Assembly (NCBI GenBank): GCA_964035545.1
Contig: CAXIUT010000302.1
Location: 1 to 26,919, forward strand
From: Bugula neritina
Lineage: Eukaryota > Animalia > Bryozoa
Direction of reading: 5' to 3'
DNA: 26,919 bases
This document shows, piece by piece, positions 9,938-17,890 of the stretch (its first letter is position 1; every line of letters starts with the position of its first letter). The notes below the pieces were generated by a model, which saw only the letters and a list, made by a program, of their open reading frames with translations, had not been told where the DNA came from and ran no database searches. Position numbers and translations under genes: made by a program.

Positions 9938-10619
9938 ATCGACAGGTCATTCTTAGTTCTTTCTGCATTCCCTCGGCAGGCAAGCACGCATAGAGCCGCT
10001 GACCCCTGTCGTCAGATACCTGCTCTAAGCAATGACGAATTGCACGCAAAACGTACTTTCGTACCATGCTTTGAGAGATGCTCATCGATATTGAAATTTG
10101 ATCATATCCCTGACCTTGAATCTTATACAGATAGAAAGCTGTTTGGCATTTTTTAGGCAACTCACTCAGGGATCTAATAATGATTCTAAGCGAGTCGCGC
10201 ATTTCTAAAGGAGCTTCTGCCGTGGGTTCAAGCCTCAAGAGGAATTCAGCATCAAGATTGGCTTCGCTAAAGTGGTCCAATTCCATAAACCGAACACATT
10301 TACTCCGTCGAATTTTATCGATAGCTAAGTTATGCGCTATTCTGTAAACATAAGATTTAGGATGTATAGGAGTTTGGCTTTTTTTGAGCCGCATGAGGCG
10401 GACAAAGGCCTCCTGAGTTATATCTTCGGCATCCTGCGTACTCCACCCTTTCTTAAGCAGGGAATCTATCACCACATTTTTGTATTCTAAATAAAGTAAA
10501 CGATAACGATCGCCTTGAACTTTTTTCATGTAAGTCTGAATTACTTTCCTCAGTCTCGATACTGCATAAGATGTGGCTGAGATGTTGTTCAGCGAGTCCT
10601 GCTGTATCAACACCTCCAA
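9903..10619 (-). CDS. ECF sigma-70 factor (FecI-like)
   Basis: Region 2: DAEDITQEAFVRL...YVYRIAHNLAIDKIRR. Region 4: LSELPKKCQTAFYLYKIQG.GYDQIS..MSISQSMVRKYVLRA. Start is uncertain (TTG 10619 or a later ATG). Confidence 0.9.
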   Translation of the reverse strand: MEVLIQQDSLNNISATSYAVSRLRKVIQTYMKKVQGDRYRLLYLEYKNVVIDSLLKKGWSTQDAEDITQEAFVRLMRLKKSQTPIHPKSYVYRIAHNLAIDKIRRSKCVRFMELDHFSEANLDAEFLLRLEPTAEAPLEMRDSLRIIIRSLSELPKKCQTAFYLYKIQGQGYDQISISMSISQSMVRKYVLRAIRHCLEQVSDDRGQRLYACLPAEGMQKELRMTCRSIAEYSADFHI

Positions 10620-10697
10620 TTTGGCAGTTTTCCATCATAATTTAGTCATTGACATACGTGTCACCTCTGTTGAAAACTCAATTGTGTATAGCAAGAT

Positions 10698-10797
10698 AAA
10701 AAAACGAAACCGGAGGGCTTTAGGGTTGGGTTTCCACCAGATTGGGTTGGGTTGGGTGGATTGAGACTCCCTCCGATCTCGTTGTAAGCGATCTATG
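10698..10797 (-). ncRNA. Candidate structured small RNA or leader with C-rich loops and a U-tail
   Basis: On the minus strand a 15-bp stem (10783-10769 with 10717-10703, two G-U pairs) encloses an inner hairpin UCCACC/GGUGGA with loop CAACCCAACCCAAUCU, and ends in a 7-U run. The 5' end is an estimate. Confidence 0.45.
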
Positions 10798-11449
10798 ATT
10801 GATAACTGGACGACAACAATGCTGCTCACGGTATCAATCCAAAAAGATTTTCTGATTTCATTTTCTCCCTTGTTCATACTAAGAGTCCAAACTAGAACAT
10901 TTATAAATTCAACGAGGTCTATAATCTCCATTTGCACTGTATATGCAAGCTTCAACATGTTTGTAACATGTTTAAGTGATTGATTAAAAAGAACTTATCT
11001 TGAAATTTGATAAGGTCGTTCAAGCGTACCGAATCCTGCCGATATTCGCTAAACGGGGTAAAAGAACAAGCCGTCGTGATGGCTAGCTCACATTAATCGA
11101 CTCATGAAATCTGCGAGCGGCGATGCGCCTTCGCAAGAATTTTCTATCGTTATTGATTCGGCGCGTATAAGTGCCTAATCGATCTCGTTCCCTGAAATCG
11201 ATTTTCGGCTCGTTCCCCCTCAGAAACATACTTAGATTACACAACAAATGGCTGCGTACATTTGTTGGAAAATGATTTTGTTGTAACTTACCTATGGGAC
11301 GGTTTCACCATGGTATTTGGGAATATTTTTTGATCTTTTCGCAACCGAAACACCAGAGCGAAAGCGCCCTAGTTTTAAGATAAGCAAGCCAAATCCCTCG
11401 GCTCAGCTTGGTAAGCAAAATTCGCGCTAAGAGACGCAAAAAAATGATT

Positions 11450-12712
11450 CTATGATGCTTCTGCTATCAGTTCGTCTTCTTTCCATTCGACCGATTGGCC
11501 ATCGCGTAGGCGCTCGCCGCCACGAATAATTACGGTGGCATCGGCAGGGATATCCCCAATGACCTCAATCATATCGCCTTCACCGTATCCCAGTTCAACA
11601 TCTTTGCGATGTGCAACACCTTCTTCAACGACAAAAACGTATTGTTGATTGGGGCGCAAAATAACGGCGTCGCGTGGGATTGCGGTCACTTCCTTTGCTT
11701 GTGCTGTGGGCAGAGATACTCTGACCGGGGATCCTACAAGAAGCTGAGTGTCATTCAAAGAAACTCTTAATTCCATTGTTCTGCTAACTGCATCGCCAAC
11801 TGGGATCAAAGCCCTTAGAGGTGCGCGAAGCTCTCCCCCTCTTCCGGTAATTTTTAATTCAGTACCAGGCTCGATGGGTTGTACCAGTGCCGCTGGCACC
11901 TGGGCACTAACTTCTAAGTTCTTTGTATCAACCACTCTAGCAATCGGACTACCAATTTGAGCAAACTCACCCGGTTGAATCGATTGGCTTACTACACGAC
12001 CACTAAATGGCGCCTTAATTGATGTACGTTGTAAATCATTCTGAGCAGACACCAAGGCCGCTTTAGCCCGTGCCACCTCGGCTTTGGCTGTTTCTACATT
12101 TGATCGTAACTCAACGATAGTAATTTCAGGAATGCCAAGATCATTGGTATCACCACCAACACGTTTAAAATAGTCGGCATGGTAGGTATGGAGGCTCTCA
12201 AGCCGATCCAACTCGGCCCTTCGCTGCGCCACCAATTGTTGAGCATTTTGAGGGTCTATTTCGGCAAGGCTATCGCCAGCTTCCACCACATCGCCAATCT
12301 GTACCACCGAAATAACTTTGCCAGAGGTTTCGGCCGCTATCACGGCATCAAGTACACTCACAACAGTTCCAGGCAAAGTAGAGTGAGGTGACATTGTAAC
12401 CGTCTGAGCATTGGCAACCACAACCAAAGCTGGTGGTGGACCTTGCTGCTCACTACTAGCCGTACTCGCCGGTGCAAACCAATCAAAAACGTAGGCCGCT
12501 ATCGCTAATGCGATCAATAACAGCCCAGCTATACCACCGCCAAGCTTTAGCTTATTGCGAACAGTCTCCGAGCCTGGCTCACCCACTTCAACCAATTCAA
12601 AATCAGACCCGTCATTGTTATGAGATTGAGTGCCAGATTTCTCTTCTGGAAACTCTCTTCCCTGAATGTCGTCTTCAATATTGTCTTCGAACACCTGTTT
12701 CTGATTTAACAT
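11450..12712 (-). CDS. RND efflux periplasmic adaptor subunit (membrane fusion protein)
   Basis: TM anchor, lipoyl motifs IAAETSGKV...GDVVEAGD.LAEID and IKAPFSGRV....PGE, AIPRDAV, V.LG, G.ERLRDG..V. Confidence 0.93.
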   Translation of the reverse strand: MLNQKQVFEDNIEDDIQGREFPEEKSGTQSHNNDGSDFELVEVGEPGSETVRNKLKLGGGIAGLLLIALAIAAYVFDWFAPASTASSEQQGPPPALVVVANAQTVTMSPHSTLPGTVVSVLDAVIAAETSGKVISVVQIGDVVEAGDSLAEIDPQNAQQLVAQRRAELDRLESLHTYHADYFKRVGGDTNDLGIPEITIVELRSNVETAKAEVARAKAALVSAQNDLQRTSIKAPFSGRVVSQSIQPGEFAQIGSPIARVVDTKNLEVSAQVPAALVQPIEPGTELKITGRGGELRAPLRALIPVGDAVSRTMELRVSLNDTQLLVGSPVRVSLPTAQAKEVTAIPRDAVILRPNQQYVFVVEEGVAHRKDVELGYGEGDMIEVIGDIPADATVIIRGGERLRDGQSVEWKEDELIAEAS

Positions 12713-12717
12713 AATAA

Positions 12718-15700
12718 TTATCCGCTATGGTTACCGCTTAAAGTAAAGCTTCCTAACCGTTCTCTTAAACGTATTTTTGAGGGTATTTCTAGTTGCAATA
12801 GACACGGCAAGAGAACGAGAGTAAACAATGTTGACACCAACATTCCTCCCACAATCACCGTAGCCAGCCCCTTATAAATTGCGCTACCTGCTCCTGGAGC
12901 AATGACCAAAGGCAACATCCCCATCAACGATGTCAGTGTCGACATCAAGATAGGCCGTAATCTGTTTTTTAGTGCCGTGTGAACGGCTTCTCGGCGATCT
13001 GCGCTTTGTTTCTCGGCGCTTCGGGTTTCAGATACAAGAAGGATCGCATTATTGACAACCAGGCCAAGCAAAATGATAAAGCCAATCATGCCTAATAAGT
13101 CGAGCGGGGTCGGCGTAATTAAATCAACCACACGTACAGCCAATACTCCGCCTACTGCGGCCATGGGTAGAGAAATCATCACCAAAATCGAATCTGTTAC
13201 CGATTTAAATAACGCTGCCATTACCAAAAATAGTAGCACCACAGCTAATAGGAAATTTCCGCTAAGGTTTGAAATAGCACGGCCCAGTGAATCTGCATCA
13301 CCGCCGTAGGCAATGTTTGCATCCAATGGCAACATAGATCGAATTTGCGGCTCTAACTCACGCAAAATAGACATTGTTTCTCCCAATGCCAAATGAGGTG
13401 GCGGATTGATACCAAGCGATATCGTGCGTTGTGCCTCTAATCGGAAAATTTGATTGGGCCCCACTCCTCGTTCGATCTTGGCAAGATTACCAAAAGGTAC
13501 GACCGCTCCTGAAGGCGTTACAATAGGTAGGGTCTCTAACTGCTCTGGATCGGTCCATTGATCTGAGCGCAGTAAGATATCTAAACGCGACTGTTGATGA
13601 AAAAACTCCCCAAGCCAGAGCCCGTCGCCAAAGGCTCGCAAAGATCGAGCCAATGACTCACGTGTGAGGCCGACTTCAGCTAAGCGTCTATCATCGGGTA
13701 TAAGCCGCAGCTCAGGCGTTACAATTTGCGGATCCGGGTCTAGATTAACCCGCCCCCCAGATAAGCGTTCGCGTACCAAATCGGCTACATTCATAGCCGC
13801 ATTTCCAAGCGCGATAGAATCAGAAGATTGAAGATCTATGCTGATTGAACCTCCCCCTCCAAAACGCCCGAATAATGAACCTTGCTGGGCGAAGGATCGA
13901 GTATCAGGAAAGCCCGTTAGAATCTCCTCGTTAGTAATCTTAACCATTTCATCAACGCGAGATTGATCCTTAACTCTGATGCCAATATTGCCACCCCAAG
14001 GCCCGGTAAAAAGATAGTAATTTTTCAATGCAGGCTCTTTCTCTCCCGACATATAAGGCGCCAAACGATCAACCACAATTTCAGCAAACTCTTCGCGGAC
14101 AACGTCGGTACTGGCACCGGATGGAAATGAAACAAAAGCATCTACCGCGTCTCGTTTAACAGGTGGGAGATAATTTAGTTGTGGAAAGAAATACCAGCCA
14201 AGAAATAGCGGCAATACTGTCAGGCCAGCGATCCAAGAAATGCGTTTGCGAGGCGTATCGCTCAGGGACATTAAACTACTAGCGATGTTATTCCAACGAG
14301 CTTCGTGCTGCACCCCTTGTTGGTTTGGCTTTGGCAAAAAGTAGGTTGCAGCGGCGGGCAATATCAATAAAGCGGCAATAAAACTAAAGGTAACGGCGAT
14401 CGCTATAGTTAGCGCCAAGTCGGCAAACAGCTGCCCCTCCACATCTTCAAAAAATACGATAGGTACAAAAATAACAATAGTGGTTAAGGTTGAGGCTAAC
14501 AACGCCCCGCCCACGCTTTTGACAGAATTGACGGCCGCTTTGGCCGCTTCCACACCGCGATCTACCTGTCGTACGTAATGCTCTAGCACCACGATGGCCG
14601 CATCTAGAACCATGCCGGTTGCAAATGCCAGACCGGCCAATGAAATCACATTGATGCTACGACCGAACAAATTCAAAACAGTGAATGTGGCAAGTAAGCT
14701 GATCGGAATCGCGGCCGCAATCAAAAGCGTCGCTCGTAACCGACGCACAAACAACCACAATGATCCAACCGCCAGGAGTATTCCTATGCCCATATTTTCC
14801 GTAAGTAAAGCAATGGCTCGTTTAATAAACACAGACGGGTCAAAGCTCTTCTCTATGGTTATTCCATATTGCTCAGGGAAAATTTCATTGAGCTCGTTCA
14901 TGCGATGAATAACTTGGTCTATTGCCGCCAGAGTATTGCCTCCTGGCTGGCGCATAACACGCATGCCAATCGCAGGCTGACCATTTTGATAAGTAACTCC
15001 GCTAATTTCCTCCGGGCCTACTTCAACTGTGGCAACGTCGCCAAGAGTTACAGGAGCGCCGTCTCTCCACGCTAAAATCACTTCGTTCAATTGATCAGCT
15101 GCGTATCGTCCTTCAAATCTAAGTGTGAAATCGCGTCGCCCTACTTCTACAGTGCCACCACTCACATCGGTTGATCGATTAATTTTTGTAGCAATATCTT
15201 CAATCGATATTCCAAGTTGTGCAGTACGAAATGGGTCAAAACGTACACTGACTATTCGCTCACCCCCATCCTGCTGAACATTGACACCACCAACTCCCTC
15301 TATGTTTTCAAACTGCGGAGCGATATTTTTCTCGGCAAAAGATTTAAGCTCTTCAGAAGAGACCACAGAGTCTGGAGAATGTTGTAAGAACAGAAAGATT
15401 AACGACTCACCAGAACCGCCACCTCCATCTCGCCTTATTTGAGGACGGTCCGCATCTGCTGGGAGCCCTCGAACTCTTTGCAATCGGCTGGAAACCTCAG
15501 TAAAAGTCTGGTCCATATTGGTGCCCAACTCATACTCCATGTTGATCCACGCGTTGCCATTGTTCGACCATGACCGCAACTTCGTCATGCCGGTAATTCC
15601 ACGCAACTCTCGCTCAATAGGTTCGACTATTTCACTTTCTATTTCTCGTGGACTAGCAGCACGCCAAGATACCTGTACCGACAAAACAGGGCGATCTATC

Positions 15701-15816
15701 GCCGGAAACAGCTGTACCGGGAGCTGTTTAACTGAAACTAAACCTAGCAACACCAGCAGGCACATCGCCACCGCCGTAATCGCTGGGTTACTGATAAAAA
15801 ATTTCGTGGCCTGCAT
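12718..15816 (-). CDS. RND efflux permease (AcrB/AcrD/AcrF family)
   Basis: 1032 aa; LPVQLFP, ASPREIESEI..PIE, SINVISLAGLAFATGMVLDAAIVVLE, GFIILLGLVVNNAIL, RLRPILM. Confidence 0.95.
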   Translation of the reverse strand: MQATKFFISNPAITAVAMCLLVLLGLVSVKQLPVQLFPAIDRPVLSVQVSWRAASPREIESEIVEPIERELRGITGMTKLRSWSNNGNAWINMEYELGTNMDQTFTEVSSRLQRVRGLPADADRPQIRRDGGGGSGESLIFLFLQHSPDSVVSSEELKSFAEKNIAPQFENIEGVGGVNVQQDGGERIVSVRFDPFRTAQLGISIEDIATKINRSTDVSGGTVEVGRRDFTLRFEGRYAADQLNEVILAWRDGAPVTLGDVATVEVGPEEISGVTYQNGQPAIGMRVMRQPGGNTLAAIDQVIHRMNELNEIFPEQYGITIEKSFDPSVFIKRAIALLTENMGIGILLAVGSLWLFVRRLRATLLIAAAIPISLLATFTVLNLFGRSINVISLAGLAFATGMVLDAAIVVLEHYVRQVDRGVEAAKAAVNSVKSVGGALLASTLTTIVIFVPIVFFEDVEGQLFADLALTIAIAVTFSFIAALLILPAAATYFLPKPNQQGVQHEARWNNIASSLMSLSDTPRKRISWIAGLTVLPLFLGWYFFPQLNYLPPVKRDAVDAFVSFPSGASTDVVREEFAEIVVDRLAPYMSGEKEPALKNYYLFTGPWGGNIGIRVKDQSRVDEMVKITNEEILTGFPDTRSFAQQGSLFGRFGGGGSISIDLQSSDSIALGNAAMNVADLVRERLSGGRVNLDPDPQIVTPELRLIPDDRRLAEVGLTRESLARSLRAFGDGLWLGEFFHQQSRLDILLRSDQWTDPEQLETLPIVTPSGAVVPFGNLAKIERGVGPNQIFRLEAQRTISLGINPPPHLALGETMSILRELEPQIRSMLPLDANIAYGGDADSLGRAISNLSGNFLLAVVLLFLVMAALFKSVTDSILVMISLPMAAVGGVLAVRVVDLITPTPLDLLGMIGFIILLGLVVNNAILLVSETRSAEKQSADRREAVHTALKNRLRPILMSTLTSLMGMLPLVIAPGAGSAIYKGLATVIVGGMLVSTLFTLVLLPCLLQLEIPSKIRLRERLGSFTLSGNHSG

Positions 15817-16174
15817 TTATTGTTCTCTTTTACAAACTAGAGTTATCGCTTCCAAGTGAGCGTTGTTCTATTGTTAAGATGCATGCACAACAAAATTCGT
15901 TGCAAAATAATTTGGTAAGAGGCTTTTTGTGTCAACAACAAAGGCCACTAGTAAGCAAAACGCCACTGGCAGTCGAACGCCAACATCTCACCCGAAGTAG
16001 TCTAATACATCGTCAATTACGCACGATAAATATCCATCAGCCAGGCGCGACTTTGCTATCTAAACGGATAGGAGCAATTACACTCTACTAAAACTAGATC
16101 ACTAGACGAATAGAAAATTGGTGATCAAGACTGAGCGTCAGTTCTCATATCCCAAGGCCAGAATCCTTTCAGTT

Positions 16175-17146
16175 CTAACTTGGCAAGCGAAACTCTTGCA
16201 GTACATCGGCAACGGTATCAACCGAATTGATGTTGCCTAAGCCCTTCCCTGCCTGCCAAAATTTAACATCATCGTTGAATGCTGTCTTACTGTAGTTTCG
16301 GATGCCCTTGCTCATCAGCCACATTCGAGCATACTTTTTCAAGTTGGGTTTTCTCAACATATAGTTGATTACCGGGCCAGTTTGCAAACCACCTTTCATA
16401 ATGTCATCAGTTCTTATCACAGATGAATTATTGCCAGCGATCTTGTTAGTCCAAACAATATCTTCCTCAGCTGAGTCAACAATAGCTTGCTTATAAGAGT
16501 CGGTGACTTTGCACTCCTTGGTTGCCAAAAATCGAGTCCCCAATTGAACTCCAGCGTAACCTAATTCTAAGGCCTTGTTAAAATCTTCAGCATTGCCAAT
16601 TCCTCCCGCACAAACTAAAGGAATGCCAATATCGTGCAACTCTTCCATGAATTGTTCCGCTGACTGAATACCGGTCTGACCACCGCCACGCCAATTAATG
16701 CAGTTCAGCCCATCAACACCGGAGTCCCTCATGGCGAGAGCCACCTTCTTGTTCGGTACATCATGGTAAACCTTAATACCATTTTCCTTAGCTACCTTAA
16801 CTACTGAATCGGGTTTGCCTAAAGAGGTAAGGAAAAACTTTACGCCCTCTTCGATGGAAATCTCCATCCATTCCTTCATTTGCTCATGGTACTTCTTGTT
16901 AGCACCACCAAATATTGTAAAATTGACACCAAACGGCTTGTCTGTAAGCTGCTTAATTAATTGAAGACCTTCACGGAAATCGTGACCATAGAGCGACGTT
17001 AAGGCCACCGGTTGAACGACGCCAAACCCGCCGCTATCTGACACAGCCGCGACAAGCTCTGGATTTGATCCAGGGTACATCGGGCCGCACACAACCGGTG
17101 TCTCAGCACCTGTATCGGCAAGAAACTGTTGCACAAATAGACTCAT
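16175..17146 (-). CDS. Nitronate monooxygenase / FabK-like FMN oxidoreductase
   Basis: PVVCGPM...SNPELVAAVS..GGFG, TDKPFGVN, PLVCAGGIG, GVQLGTRFLATKE, WQAGKG. Start placed at ATG 17146 (MSLFVQQ), where family similarity begins. Confidence 0.9.
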   Translation of the reverse strand: MSLFVQQFLADTGAETPVVCGPMYPGSNPELVAAVSDSGGFGVVQPVALTSLYGHDFREGLQLIKQLTDKPFGVNFTIFGGANKKYHEQMKEWMEISIEEGVKFFLTSLGKPDSVVKVAKENGIKVYHDVPNKKVALAMRDSGVDGLNCINWRGGGQTGIQSAEQFMEELHDIGIPLVCAGGIGNAEDFNKALELGYAGVQLGTRFLATKECKVTDSYKQAIVDSAEEDIVWTNKIAGNNSSVIRTDDIMKGGLQTGPVINYMLRKPNLKKYARMWLMSKGIRNYSKTAFNDDVKFWQAGKGLGNINSVDTVADVLQEFRLPS

Positions 17147-17330
17147 AACTTTTTCTCGAATTCTTATCTGAGCTACAGATGCTACATCTATTTGCCGCCA
17201 GAAGGTGTCACCTGCAACACTCTTGATAGCCAAGCGACACTTAATTTTCCAGAAATAACTCCAGATCAAGCAAGCGTAGCAATCAAAGAGTAGTTTTGTT
17301 ACTAAGATCAGAATAAGCCAATCTGAGAGA

Positions 17331-17637
17331 TGCGGTCATGGGTGGGCTGACACGTCACGCAGTGGCACCGACCTGGGCAGCGAAGATGCCCTAAGATAGC
17401 TTGACTATGAGTAATGTACATAAAAAGAAAAGATATGGTGGTCATGGGTGGACTTGTAACGCGTCATGCAATGACACCGACCGAGGTAGCAAAGATACCT
17501 CGTATTCGTGTTACCACTCTTACACTGAAAAGGAAATGGTGGTCATGGGTGGACTGACGCGTCACGCAGTGGCACCGACCCGGGCAACGGAGATGCCCTA
17601 AGATATCTTGACTATGAGTAATGTACTTAGAAAGATA
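17331..17637 (-). repeat. Three ~101-105 bp tandem repeats containing the 3' end of tRNA-Met
   Basis: The core TGGTGGTCATGGGTGGACT occurs exactly at 17436, 17537 and 17638 (period 101) and in degenerate form at ~17331. Units 1 and 3 are near-identical; unit 2 has a different distal part. Confidence 0.92.
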
Positions 17638-17685
17638 TGGTGGTCATGGGTGGACTTGAACCACCGACCCCAGCATTATGAATGC
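17638..17685 (-). tRNA. 3' fragment (48 bp) of tRNA-Met(CAT); att site, not an intact tRNA
   Basis: Minus strand reads GCATTCATAATGCTGGGGTCGGTGGTTCAAGTCCACCCATGACCACCA: anticodon arm with CAT, T arm with GTTCAAGTC, acceptor 3' strand and CCA. No D arm or 5' acceptor strand upstream. Confidence 0.88.
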
Positions 17686-17732
17686 GGTCAATTGGTTTAC
17701 CTGCAATGGCAGAAAATAGCTAAAAATGGACA

Positions 17733-17833
17733 TAAATGATTGTATATTAAAAGATATTTGGGTTTTCAACATCACGTTAATCTATTTTGTATCAATGCAA
17801 TCCACTTACTCACTCCCCCATTATTCCCCCATT
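17733..17833. promoter_or_regulatory. Putative att arm: IHF-like site and integrase arm-type direct repeats
   Basis: TAAATGATTGTAT at 17733-17745 resembles YAANNNNTTGATW. TCCCCCATT is repeated at 17814 and 17825 (11-bp period). Confidence 0.5.
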
Positions 17834-17890
17834 TAGGAAATGATATACGAGACAAGTCGAAAAATTGCGTATAACCAATTTGGCAATCTA

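Noticed and set aside
10715-10759. G-quadruplex or telomere-like GGGTT repeats on the plus strand
   Set aside because: Six GGG runs are present, but the G-U pairing asymmetry and U tail favour a minus-strand RNA structure. Not fully excluded.
10635-10983. ORFs 10635..10958 (-) and 10795..10983 (+)
   Set aside because: No recognisable domain; the first runs through the stem-loop and U-tract, which explain the sequence better.
731-16091. Short overlapping or antisense ORFs (e.g. 731..955, 2543..2920, 4543..4966, 6132..6653, 11748..12714, 13052..15859, 15879..16091)
   Set aside because: Nearly all are shadows of well-supported genes; none has recognisable motifs.
17401-17601. 66-aa ORF
   Set aside because: Lies wholly within the repeats on the strand opposite the tRNA sense, starts with TTG and has no recognisable motif.
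17331-17685. CRISPR array
   Set aside because: The repeat core is a tRNA 3' end, the period is ~101 bp, two of three spacer-like parts are near-identical, and no cas genes are present.
17638-17715. Intact tRNA-Met gene
   Set aside because: No D arm or complementary 5' acceptor strand upstream of the anticodon arm.
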